A DNA stretch of 64,000 nt from Candidatus Thorarchaeota archaeon (GCA_018238205.1 JABCTV010000003.1:323-64322), one strand, 5' to 3'; shown: positions 8,880 to 17,620, counted from the first letter of the stretch. Numbers and translations are program-made. The notes: generated by a model not told the origin, from the letters alone.

Positions 8880-10439
8880 GCTGGAGTGTTAACCTCTATA
8901 TGGGAAGACCGTAGGTTGAACATTATGGCTGTGGATTGTGAAACTGAAACAACTCCAGAGGTGGTTTCAAGCAGGTTCGCTCGCATTTTTGGTCTAGAAG
9001 ACCCAACACCTGACGCCGTGCGCTATGTCAAAATAATCTCAGTCTTACTACCAGCTTTTGCACTCAGCTTCCAAATCAGCACTACTTTCTGGATGATCCA
9101 TATGGCTGAAACACTCGGAGGCGGTGACTACTTTGCAGGTCTAACGCTTGTTGGGTTCCTAGTGGTTATCCAGATGGCAGTTCAGACGGCATTAGATTAT
9201 CCAACCGGTGCACTTGGGGACGCAATAGGACAACGTTATGTCATTGCTTCAGCTCTCCTCTGCTACGCGATAGCTTTCTATCTATCTTCACAGATTATTA
9301 TCGGTACCCCATTCTATATCTACGTGGCCATTTACGCCCTCTTTGGGTTGGGTTCGTCGCAGGAGAGTGGCGCCTTCAGTGCGTGGTTTGACAATAATTA
9401 CAAGGTTGCCATGCCTCATGACAAGGACCGAAAGCAGTACGGTGTGTTTCAAGGTCGACTGGGTATGGTTTGGCAGGTGTCTTCGACACTTGTGCTGATT
9501 CCTGGGTCTTGGCTTGCTTGGTTATACAGCCGTCAATTTGTCTTCGGGCTTCAAGCTATATTTGCAATCTTCCTTGCCATAGTAGTTCTGAAACTTGTAA
9601 AGGACTTGCCTGGAGTTAGAGAGGCGAAAGATGAGAAACCCACCCTCTCAGAATACACGACTCTCTTGAAAGATGGATTCAAGTTTCTATGGTCAAGTCG
9701 GTTTGTAACTCTGCTTATTCTCGGTGAAGTAGTGATGTGGAGTACTTCTCCTGTTTGGTGGAATTTACTTTTGTTCCCACTTTACTTTAGTTTCCTTGTC
9801 ACAATGGTTGCAGTTTCAGCCTTCCGAACGCTTGTGTTTCTCCCTCAAGCGGTAGCAAATGAAAGAAGTGGTGTTCTAGCTAAGAGATTCGAACCAAAGA
9901 AATGGATTCCACGTTTCAGGTTGCTCCAGTTCATGGGGGTGATTTTCTACTTGATATTAGCAGCAATTGTACACTTCTTCCCAGGAATTGAACCAGGAAC
10001 TGACCCCGCAAGTATTGAATTCTTGAGCATAATGATCCCCTTCACAAATCTTCCTTTGATTGAGATACCTACTGTGACTCTAGTGCCAGTATTTCTCATG
10101 TTTCTGGCATTCATTTCCTTCAACCTGTTTGGGGGAATTGCAGGGATTCTCACTCAACGAGTCATGCTGGATGTCATTCCAAACCGGATTCGAAACTCAA
10201 TGTATTCATTGCAACCCACTTTGATTATGTTGGTTTCAATGCCTCTCATCGCATTCTTCGGGTGGTTTATCCCCTTCACTGGAGGATTCACATGGACTTT
10301 CATCATCTGTGCTTTCATTTCTCTCTTGGGTACATTGATGATTTGGCAGGCATTCAAACATCCTATACCTAAAGCAGAAGCAGTTGTTAAAGCGGATGAA
10401 ACCGAAACTGAGGATGTCCAAGAGATGGATATAACTTAG
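8859..10439 (+). CDS. MFS-type membrane transporter
   Basis: About 12-14 hydrophobic helices with an MFS-like loop (DYPTGALGDAIGQRY). The likely start is MAVDCETE at nt 8925. Substrate unknown. Confidence 0.55.
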   Translation: MINYLLHAGVLTSIWEDRRLNIMAVDCETETTPEVVSSRFARIFGLEDPTPDAVRYVKIISVLLPAFALSFQISTTFWMIHMAETLGGGDYFAGLTLVGFLVVIQMAVQTALDYPTGALGDAIGQRYVIASALLCYAIAFYLSSQIIIGTPFYIYVAIYALFGLGSSQESGAFSAWFDNNYKVAMPHDKDRKQYGVFQGRLGMVWQVSSTLVLIPGSWLAWLYSRQFVFGLQAIFAIFLAIVVLKLVKDLPGVREAKDEKPTLSEYTTLLKDGFKFLWSSRFVTLLILGEVVMWSTSPVWWNLLLFPLYFSFLVTMVAVSAFRTLVFLPQAVANERSGVLAKRFEPKKWIPRFRLLQFMGVIFYLILAAIVHFFPGIEPGTDPASIEFLSIMIPFTNLPLIEIPTVTLVPVFLMFLAFISFNLFGGIAGILTQRVMLDVIPNRIRNSMYSLQPTLIMLVSMPLIAFFGWFIPFTGGFTWTFIICAFISLLGTLMIWQAFKHPIPKAEAVVKADETETEDVQEMDIT

Positions 10440-10449
10440 ACCATCTGGG

Positions 10450-11403
10450 TTACATGCCTAACGATTTCTTTAGGACTTCAGGATTAAGTTTGCCCGCATG
10501 GAAAACTTTCCCACACTCAATGTGGTTGATTGTGATTTCTGCAGGACTAAAGAGTAGAGGATCTACCTTGTAGAAATCATATTCAAAGCTCTTGAAGAGG
10601 TCATAGAAGGGCTGACCATACTGATCCGATGTTGACGACGGGACCTTATCCACAATCTCTTGCAAATTATCATCTTCCGACCTTACAAAATAGGTTGTCC
10701 GTCCACCATAGAGAATGCAATCATTAGTCACTCCCATTGCTCTATTATCATTCTTCGCAACTGGTGCAATGGGCGCCACACCAAACCCTCTTCTTACACG
10801 TTCAGGGTCAAAACCAATCTCGTGGAGTTTGTGCATGCCCACCTCAACAATTCTAGATGATATTTGAACTGACCCTGCTATGCTTGCTGTGGGTACTACA
10901 ATGCAGTACAGGTTTGAAGTGGAAATTCCACATTTCTTAGCAATATATTCTGTAACCTCTTCATTGGGTTTTACTCTACTCTCTAGCACTATGACTCCCT
11001 TTTTCGATTTATCTTTGTAATCTAACTCTTCATACAGTTTCTTTTCTACTTGAGCCAAAGCTCTAGCCGGACCTGAACCCATTGCAAAGTATTTTCCAAC
11101 TTTGATGGTCCATCCTGAATATTGTGAACCAAGAGTAGAAATCTTTGGATAGTCTGTTCCTACAATTACTGCAGGTAATTCGAGGTCTCCGATATACATC
11201 ATGTTTAGCTTGACTGAACCAAGCCCTCCCAAACACACCTCTCCGATGAGTCTTCCAAGCTCTGCACTACCCGTACACTCAATTCCAGCATCAATTATCT
11301 TTGCACCATTATTGCTCTCTTCCACTCTACAATCTAGAGCATCCTTACTATCCATTATTGTCTTGATAGTCTTTAGAGCTCCTTTATTCACACTGTGACT
11401 CAT
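10450..11403 (-). CDS. mch: methenyltetrahydromethanopterin cyclohydrolase
   Basis: 317 aa. The N-terminal region SVNKGALKTIKTIMD...IIDAGIECTGSAELGRLIGEVCLGGLG and the overall length match Mch. It overlaps the upstream fwdC-like gene by 4 nt. Confidence 0.85.
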   Translation of the reverse strand: MSHSVNKGALKTIKTIMDSKDALDCRVEESNNGAKIIDAGIECTGSAELGRLIGEVCLGGLGSVKLNMMYIGDLELPAVIVGTDYPKISTLGSQYSGWTIKVGKYFAMGSGPARALAQVEKKLYEELDYKDKSKKGVIVLESRVKPNEEVTEYIAKKCGISTSNLYCIVVPTASIAGSVQISSRIVEVGMHKLHEIGFDPERVRRGFGVAPIAPVAKNDNRAMGVTNDCILYGGRTTYFVRSEDDNLQEIVDKVPSSTSDQYGQPFYDLFKSFEYDFYKVDPLLFSPAEITINHIECGKVFHAGKLNPEVLKKSLGM

Positions 11404-12281
11404 TTCCTAACCTCCGAGAGCAAGTGTGTGTTTGAAAAGGCACGTATGTAAATCTCTTCGTTTGTATCAGCTTCTGCAAAATCTCCGATGAACTTCATCC
11501 ATTTATCGCTTGTATCAATATCCTCTCTCAAAAAATCTGGCCTTCGAGACCTCAGATAACGAAGATAGTAGTTCACAATCGCTCTCTCAGATGTACCACT
11601 ATACTTGTAGGTGGGTAACATCATTTCGAGTTTTCCAAGGCAGATAATCATCCCTCTTGTTGCCTGGATTCCCATGCGTTCTGTGACATTTCCCACAACG
11701 ATTATGGTACCCCCCATTATTCTAACAGCGCTTGGTGAGCTGACGTTCCCTTTTACTGCGAGGAATCCTTTTCGCATATGAGCTGCCATCTCCCGACCTA
11801 CGTCACCTGCAACATAGACTCGCCCGCCTTGCATTCCATCCCTACTTCCCCGATATCCTGCACAGAGATAATCTCCTGCATCTCCCTCTATCTGGATATT
11901 ACCACCTTTCATTTCAGCAGCTGCCCATGCATCCACTGATTCTTTCACATGAATTCTCCCAGATACCATCTCTGCACCAAGATACATACCTGCATTTCCT
12001 TCGACAGTGATTTTACCACCGTTCATAGATTTCCCTATCATCTTGACTTTTCGCAAATCCCCCTTGATAACAATCTCAGTATCAGCAGGGGTCTTCCCCG
12101 CTTTCCCTGTGATTTTAAAGAATTCCTTGAGAATTAGCGTCTGATTTCCATGGTGAATTGATAGGTTGCCTATCTGTGTGACAGTCTTCCCTGCAAAATG
12201 ACTAGGTGTTATGCAATCAGCCTCGATTGGAATATCTAGAGATTCCTTCAGTTCCAGGATAACAGTCATGGTTTCCAGCAA
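11400..12281 (-). CDS. fwdC: formylmethanofuran dehydrogenase subunit C-like protein
   Basis: Repeated Gly-rich beta-helix units (ITVEGNAGMYLGAEMVSGRIHV, NIQIEGDAGDYLCAG, GGRVYVAGDVGREMAAHMRKG, GGTIIVVGNV) characteristic of FwdC/FmdC and the GltB C-terminal domain. Confidence 0.75.
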   Translation of the reverse strand: MLETMTVILELKESLDIPIEADCITPSHFAGKTVTQIGNLSIHHGNQTLILKEFFKITGKAGKTPADTEIVIKGDLRKVKMIGKSMNGGKITVEGNAGMYLGAEMVSGRIHVKESVDAWAAAEMKGGNIQIEGDAGDYLCAGYRGSRDGMQGGRVYVAGDVGREMAAHMRKGFLAVKGNVSSPSAVRIMGGTIIVVGNVTERMGIQATRGMIICLGKLEMMLPTYKYSGTSERAIVNYYLRYLRSRRPDFLREDIDTSDKWMKFIGDFAEADTNEEIYIRAFSNTHLLSEVRK

Positions 12282-12378
12282 ATAAGTTCACTACTGATAA
12301 AGACTCCCAGTGCTATTCTTACGGAACAGAGAAAAGACAGGAGAGTATAGGAGCAGTTACTTGACTAGGTGAAGTATT

Positions 12379-13275
12379 ATGGAGATCAACGGAGTACCAA
12401 TCGAAGATACATTTGCTGAAGCATTCAGTATGCACATGAACCGAACAATAATCACTGCCTATCAAGAAGACTGGGCTAGAATAACCGCACTAGAAGCAAC
12501 AGGACTTGCGACGTCACTTATTATGTCACCTGCAGAGGCTGGAATTGAATATGTCCTGAGCCCTGAGGACTCTCCGGATGGTCGTCCAGGGGTAAGAATC
12601 ATGTTTGCCACATCGAAAAAAGAAGCCCTTGAACAACAGCTCATTGCGCGAATTGGACAGTGCATTCTCACCAGCCCCACTGCTTGTGCCTATGACGCTA
12701 CCCCTGAACCAAAAGAGCACTATCTTATCGGAAAGCAACTGGGTATGTTTGGTGATGGATATCAAGTGAAGAAAGGACCGATTGATGGCAGGGTCTTATG
12801 GCTAGTTCCTCGAATGAGTGGCACCTTTATAATTCAAGAGAAATTTGGTCGACAAAAGGGAGTTGCCGGTGGAAATATCATATTCTTCTGTAGTGACCTT
12901 CATAGCGGAATGAAAAGCGGTCGAGCAGCAATTGATGCAATTGAGAAAGTAGAAGGTGCATTCACACCTTTCCCTGGAGGTCTCGTTGGTTCTGGATCCA
13001 AAGTGTCTTCAAAATACAAAGGTCTTACAGCATCTACAAACGAACGATTCTGTCCAACAATCCGTGCTAAAGTTCCTAATACAGAGGTTCCTCCAGATAG
13101 TGAATTTGTTCTGGAGATTGTTATCAATGGTTTCTCTGAGGAATCAGTTGCAAACGCAATGAGGGTGGCAATCAACGAAGTATGTACTCATGAAGGAGTC
13201 ATGAAAGTGACTGCTGCGAATTTTGGTGGAAAGTTAGGAAAGTTCCAAATTGGCCTTCACAATCTCTTTTCATAA
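12379..13275 (+). CDS. ftr: formylmethanofuran--tetrahydromethanopterin N-formyltransferase
   Basis: 298 aa. The N-terminus MEINGVPIEDTFAEAF...RTIITA and the length are typical of Ftr. Transcribed divergently from fwdC-mch. Confidence 0.9.
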   Translation: MEINGVPIEDTFAEAFSMHMNRTIITAYQEDWARITALEATGLATSLIMSPAEAGIEYVLSPEDSPDGRPGVRIMFATSKKEALEQQLIARIGQCILTSPTACAYDATPEPKEHYLIGKQLGMFGDGYQVKKGPIDGRVLWLVPRMSGTFIIQEKFGRQKGVAGGNIIFFCSDLHSGMKSGRAAIDAIEKVEGAFTPFPGGLVGSGSKVSSKYKGLTASTNERFCPTIRAKVPNTEVPPDSEFVLEIVINGFSEESVANAMRVAINEVCTHEGVMKVTAANFGGKLGKFQIGLHNLFS

Positions 13276-13373
13276 ACGATTTGAGGTCCAGCGCAATATG
13301 TAGTGCTTCTTATGTGTCGGAACATACCACATTATTAAGCAAGGAGTGTGCTGCACACGTGGTTGATTCACAG

Positions 13374-13988
13374 ATGGACGATATAACAATCTGGAGCGAG
13401 ACAAAGAAAGGCGGTAAGGTAGTCGAACGATTCCCCCCGAATACAACATCAATTAATCTTGGTGACAAACGTATTGGTTCTACAGACCTCTCACCACTAG
13501 ACCAATTTCCTGACCTTGAGGCTTTGACTCTTTCAGGGAATGAGCTAAAGAGTATTGACCTCTCTAATTTGAAAACCTGCGAGAATCTACTGGAACTATC
13601 TCTTCAAAGCAATGTGATAGAAACGATTGATATTTCCCCCCTGGCAAATTGCACCAGTCTAATGCATCTTGATATTTCATTCAACAAACTTCGAGAAATC
13701 AATCTCACGCCTCTTGCTCAGTGCAAGGAATTGAAGGCACTTCATCTCTATGAGAATAAGCTTGAAACTATTGACCTGTCAATCCTTAGTAAATGCAAGA
13801 AGTTACGCAATCTGACTCTCAATAACAATGGAATCAAGTCCCTCGATATCTCAGCTCTATTCAGGTGTCCTAATCTCATGAAATTGGGTTTGGATGAAGG
13901 TGTAAAACTTACTGCTGATAAGAAACTCAAAGAAGTAAATCCCCCTCGAGCATTGAAGCCACTTCTTGGGACAGTGGATTGGTACTAG
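13374..13988 (+). CDS. leucine-rich repeat (LRR) protein
   Basis: Six consecutive 24-aa repeats of the form DLSxLxxCxxLxxLxLxxNxLxxI, for example DLSNLKTCENLLELSLQSNVIETI and DISPLANCTSLMHLDISFNKLREI. The start is set at the first in-frame ATG; the track ORF begins at 13281 with TTG. Confidence 0.8.
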   Translation: MDDITIWSETKKGGKVVERFPPNTTSINLGDKRIGSTDLSPLDQFPDLEALTLSGNELKSIDLSNLKTCENLLELSLQSNVIETIDISPLANCTSLMHLDISFNKLREINLTPLAQCKELKALHLYENKLETIDLSILSKCKKLRNLTLNNNGIKSLDISALFRCPNLMKLGLDEGVKLTADKKLKEVNPPRALKPLLGTVDWY

Positions 13989-14192
13989 ACAAAATATCTC
14001 TCCGGCAAAATTCCAATACTATTTCATAGGTACGGTAAGATTTGCCTGAGGTTTCATCTTTGATATGATAGAACTCTTGATTTTCTCTACTTTTTTGTAT
14101 TATATTGTCAGTATAGATAATGTAGCCTGTCTTTCTGTATTAAGAAAACGGGATTCAGTCAGAAAGGAATATTAGGAGGCAAATTTATGCTG

Positions 14193-14210
14193 GGATAGGT
14201 TAACCTATCC
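14193..14210. promoter_or_regulatory. perfect 18-bp palindrome GGATAGGTTAACCTATCC immediately upstream of the 14221 operon
   Basis: Read directly from the sequence. It lies 10 nt before the GTG at 14221 and 19 nt before the ATG at 14230. It is a candidate operator for a dimeric regulator. Confidence 0.5.
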
Positions 14211-14220
14211 AATAGATGGA

Positions 14221-14745
14221 GTGAAACATATGACTAGAAAGCATTTTGGTCTACTAGTTATGGTAATTGCATTAACCCTATTCATGAACCTAGCAATAAG
14301 TAGTGGTTTGCCTGTGCAGTATGTATCTGCTGCAACAGAAGTTTCACTTACCGTGGATTTTGGAAATGGAACAATTCAAGAGTTCACTTCCCTTGAAGGG
14401 ACAAACGTTCTTGAAGCCACGAACTCGACGACAACTGTTGATGTGGAGTGGTATGGGGACCTAGTCTTTGTAACTGCTATCTCTGGCGTGAGTCAAGATT
14501 ATGATGCGAACTTGTATTGGCAATACTGGGTGAATGGTGAACTAGGACCCTGTGCGGCTAACATATACATTCTTGAGGATGGAGATTCGATTGAGTGGAA
14601 ACTGCCATCCCATGGATCTGAATCCACTACCAATACCCTGTTAGAATCTGAACTGGATACTTCATTGATTGTTGGGTCAGCTCTTCTTGGGATAGCTGCT
14701 TTGGGATTTCTTGTGTTAATCAGAATAAGAACATCTAGAAGATGA
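14221..14745 (+). CDS. secreted DUF4430-like (transcobalamin-like fold) protein with C-terminal TM anchor
   Basis: Signal-like N-terminus. The segment YWQYWVNGE...LEDGDSIEWK is the pattern I associate with DUF4430. C-terminal anchor LLGIAALGFLVLIRIRTSRR. Confidence 0.55.
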   Translation: MKHMTRKHFGLLVMVIALTLFMNLAISSGLPVQYVSAATEVSLTVDFGNGTIQEFTSLEGTNVLEATNSTTTVDVEWYGDLVFVTAISGVSQDYDANLYWQYWVNGELGPCAANIYILEDGDSIEWKLPSHGSESTTNTLLESELDTSLIVGSALLGIAALGFLVLIRIRTSRR

Positions 14746-14751
14746 TTTGAA

Positions 14752-15519
14752 ATGAGAGAGAAAATTATACTAACTATAGTATTGATATTGATGCTTGCTA
14801 CACAAGTTGTGGCAGTCACAGATAATAACTATAATGAAAGACTTTACCCTACGGAGGAGAGTAACACTATCATAACATGGGACATCATTGATGTACCTGA
14901 GGTTGCCTTCTCATGGTGGGGTTCTGGTTTTGTATTTATTGGGAACTGGATTGCTGATGATAGTACTAACATAACATATGAGATTACTGAGATAGGGGAG
15001 TCTGACGAGTATCTTACTGGTGACCTCGTCCTTGGCAACCTATCACTCACAACAAATGACACTGAGATTGCAAATAATCTCATTCTCGGTATTTCAGGAT
15101 TGGCTCCTTGGACTCCGGGTCTGGTGATATCAGTGGGTGAGGAGAATATTCAGAATGAGAACGAAACAGCATATGCTGCTGCTGAAAGAGTTGAAGGAAA
15201 TTGGGGCAACGGAACCGTGGAGTCTTGGTATGAAACCCTTGCAATCAATGGAGTGAATTACGACTGCATTATCTGGAACTTCACACAGGACCAACCTAGC
15301 TATGGTGACCCCCAACTAACCTATCTTGCATATGATCTTGTCACAGGAGTACTGGTCAAATGCAATTCCACATATAGGTTCAATGTTCCATACGTGTTCG
15401 TAATGGAGATTAACAACATCGCGTTCCCCAACATTAGTATACTGCCATTAGTGATCTTAGGTGTGGCGGGCGTATCTATAGTAGTCATAATAGCTGTGAT
15501 TGTTCTGAAGAAACGATAG
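14752..15519 (+). CDS. hypothetical secreted glycoprotein with C-terminal TM anchor
   Basis: Signal peptide, many N-x-S/T sequons and the C-terminal anchor LVILGVAGVSIVVIIAVIVLKKR. Same operon as 14221. Confidence 0.5.
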   Translation: MREKIILTIVLILMLATQVVAVTDNNYNERLYPTEESNTIITWDIIDVPEVAFSWWGSGFVFIGNWIADDSTNITYEITEIGESDEYLTGDLVLGNLSLTTNDTEIANNLILGISGLAPWTPGLVISVGEENIQNENETAYAAAERVEGNWGNGTVESWYETLAINGVNYDCIIWNFTQDQPSYGDPQLTYLAYDLVTGVLVKCNSTYRFNVPYVFVMEINNIAFPNISILPLVILGVAGVSIVVIIAVIVLKKR

Positions 15520-15536
15520 TGTAGAGAGGATAGTAA

Positions 15537-16160
15537 ATGGAGGTCAAGAGAAGAAAGCTCACGATTTCACCCAGTCGCAAAGTTGCAATTGTTGCTAACA
15601 TGACTGCATTGGCTTTGGTTGGGAACTACTCGCTTGTGGGGATTCCCAACGTGGAGCTAGGGACCGTGGTACTCTTCATAACCGCACTTGTGTTTGGAAC
15701 ATCAATGGGAGTATGGTGTGCACTCTTGACTTCTATTATCTTCGCTACCATAAACCCATGGGGTCCCTTCATTCCACAGATATGGATTACACAGCTTATC
15801 GGTTGGCTGTTTGTAGTGACCACTGGCGGTTTGTTGGGAAAGGGAAACCAAGTACACTATAGAAGTGTTGGACCTACTGAGTTATTATTCATTGGAGCTT
15901 TTATGACCGCAGTATATGACCTCGTGACAAATATTGGATTCTCGTTAGCTTTTAATGTTCCATATATCGTGGCAGTTGTGTTGGGGCTACCATTCATGAT
16001 TGTGCATGTCGTGTCAAATGCTATTATCATTGCGTTGGTTGTACCTATTGTGGAACCGATACTTAGACAAAACTTTGCTTCAATGATATGGGAATCACCA
16101 TGCACAGACTTGGAAACACATACTGAAGGAAAGGATGTACAATATCAAGATATGAGGTGA
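15537..16160 (+). CDS. ECF-transporter S-component-like membrane protein
   Basis: About 200 aa with 5-6 TM helices. The N-terminal segment KVAIVANMTALALVGNYSLVGIPNVELGTVVLFITALVFG resembles substrate-capture S components. No EcfA or EcfT gene is nearby. Confidence 0.45.
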   Translation: MEVKRRKLTISPSRKVAIVANMTALALVGNYSLVGIPNVELGTVVLFITALVFGTSMGVWCALLTSIIFATINPWGPFIPQIWITQLIGWLFVVTTGGLLGKGNQVHYRSVGPTELLFIGAFMTAVYDLVTNIGFSLAFNVPYIVAVVLGLPFMIVHVVSNAIIIALVVPIVEPILRQNFASMIWESPCTDLETHTEGKDVQYQDMR

Positions 16161-16168
16161 CTTGATGA

Positions 16169-16798
16169 ATGTCAATCTGGAAAGAGTCCATTCAAATGAC
16201 TGAACCCGGTGATGGAAGAGTATCACCTCTATTCCAAGCACATCATGTAGTTATTACGTTGATTCTTGTTGGTGAACATCCACCTTTAGGACGATATGAA
16301 CTACGTAGTAATCTTACTATCGGTGAAGGGAGCATAAGAACTCTAATTGAGCGTCTTACTCAGAGTGGATACATTGCTCCATATGAAAGAAAAGGACAGA
16401 AATTGACTACCAAAGGAGAGAGGGCATTCAACATGATCATGAAGAGCATTCCTATGGGGATGTATCTAGACCTTAAGAGGCTGGTTCTCCATCGATATGC
16501 CTACGTGAGTATTGTGAAGGGACTTGCATCCAAAATAGTGGACGGGATGCGACAGAGAGATGAAGCTATAATTTGCGGGGGATATGATAACGCAGGAGCA
16601 ACAACCCTCGTAATGAGAAATGGGTTGCTTGTCATACCTCCGAAAGATATCGAAGCTTCCTCTGTAGATGAGAACGATGCATCCCTAATAATGAGTAGCC
16701 TGAAACCTGAAGACAATGACACGATAATCATTGGCTCTGCAATTAATGGGAATCTTGCACGAGAGGTGTCTATTGCTGCTGCGATGACTCTTTTCTAA
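16169..16798 (+). CDS. winged-helix transcriptional regulator with C-terminal ligand-type domain (DUF4443-like)
   Basis: wHTH-like segment LGRYELRSNLTIGEGSIRTLIERLTQSGYIAPYERKGQKLTTKGERAF. Last gene of the 14221 operon. Confidence 0.5.
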   Translation: MSIWKESIQMTEPGDGRVSPLFQAHHVVITLILVGEHPPLGRYELRSNLTIGEGSIRTLIERLTQSGYIAPYERKGQKLTTKGERAFNMIMKSIPMGMYLDLKRLVLHRYAYVSIVKGLASKIVDGMRQRDEAIICGGYDNAGATTLVMRNGLLVIPPKDIEASSVDENDASLIMSSLKPEDNDTIIIGSAINGNLAREVSIAAAMTLF

Positions 16799-16933
16799 GA
16801 TGATTGACCTTTATACACTGGTGGTGAAAAGCTGGAACAATGATGTTCGGGGAAGGACCTATGCATTTTCGAGAAGACCATAATCCTCTTCGAAAGCTTT
16901 ATCTAAAATTCTTATACGCTGTCCATTCACAAT

Positions 16934-17012
16934 GCCCCAGTAGCTCAGACTGGTTTAGATCGCATCCTTGGTAAGGATGAGGCCGCGAGTTCAAATCTCG
17001 CCTGGGGCTCCA
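16934..17012 (+). tRNA. tRNA-Thr(GGU), intron-less, CCA encoded
   Basis: Hand-folded. Acceptor GCCCCAG/CTGGGGC. Anticodon arm CATCC-TTGGTAA-GGATG, giving anticodon GGT. T arm GCGAG-TTCAAAT-CTCGC. Discriminator T followed by CCA. One C-U mismatch in the D stem. Confidence 0.9.
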
Positions 17013-17020
17013 CTTCTTCT
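16990..17020 (+). repeat. direct repeat copy 1 (tRNA-Thr T-loop to CCA plus 8 nt downstream)
   Basis: TTCAAATCTCGCCTGGGGCTCCACTTCTTCT is identical to 17130-17160. Its last 28 nt, minus the final T, recur at 17630-17657. Confidence 0.9.
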
Positions 17021-17044
17021 CGTTCTATTAATGAATACAAACAA

Positions 17045-17152
17045 CCTTGGTAAGAGAAAAGGAACTTGCTTCCTTTCCGACTATGAGGAGGCCGCGAGAC
17101 TCCATGGACGTTAGGTCATGGGGCGCGTATTCAAATCTCGCCTGGGGCTCCA
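17045..17152 (+). pseudogene. 3' fragment of a tRNA-Thr(GGU) gene (from anticodon stem to CCA) interrupted by two hairpin insertions
   Basis: The order is: CCTTGGTAAG (17045-54), a 28-nt insert (17055-82), ATGAGGAGGCCGCGAG (17083-98), a 31-nt insert (17099-129), then TTCAAATCTCGCCTGGGGCTCCA (17130-52). No 5' acceptor or D arm lies upstream. Confidence 0.6.
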
Positions 17153-17160
17153 CTTCTTCT
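17130..17160 (+). repeat. direct repeat copy 2
   Basis: Identical 31-mer to 16990-17020. Confidence 0.9.
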
Positions 17161-17230
17161 TGAATAGTTCAGTAACAAAATATTTCAGGGTCTACTGATA
17201 TGGTGATAGTGAAACTAGTAATTTGAGGGG

Positions 17231-17620
17231 ATGTCTTTGAATGATGTTGAGAAGCAAACAGGAACTAGAAACGCTACTATCTTGATGGTCTTTGTGGGGG
17301 CACTCCACATCTATAATGGCTTTGTATTTTATCTTGGCTCAATAATATTTCCATACCCCTCTCAGACGATAGTTGCACCAGTCATGATAGTGTTTGGACT
17401 TCTCACTCTTTGTGCAAGTCTTATAATATGGCTACAGAAACCATGGGCTACAAAAGTAATCACTGTTGTTGGTATTGCTGTTTGTGGAACTCTTCTCCTC
17501 ACTGGATTCTATCTAATGGGTATCATACTAGCGCCAATCTATTGGTTTGCGATAAAATGGATTAGGACCAGTCAACCTACAGAAATCCCAGATTGGGCTC
17601 CAGATTGGAATGAGGACTAG
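17231..17620 (+). CDS. hypothetical small membrane protein (4 TM)
   Basis: 129 aa with four hydrophobic helices. It is the only ORF between repeat copies 2 and 3. Confidence 0.5.
   Translation: MSLNDVEKQTGTRNATILMVFVGALHIYNGFVFYLGSIIFPYPSQTIVAPVMIVFGLLTLCASLIIWLQKPWATKVITVVGIAVCGTLLLTGFYLMGIILAPIYWFAIKWIRTSQPTEIPDWAPDWNED

Noticed and set aside
13989-14220. Cobalamin riboswitch upstream of the DUF4430-like operon
   Set aside because: I could not find a B12-box-like conserved core or the expected multi-stem architecture. The region is AT-rich and promoter-like, and riboswitches are rare in archaea.
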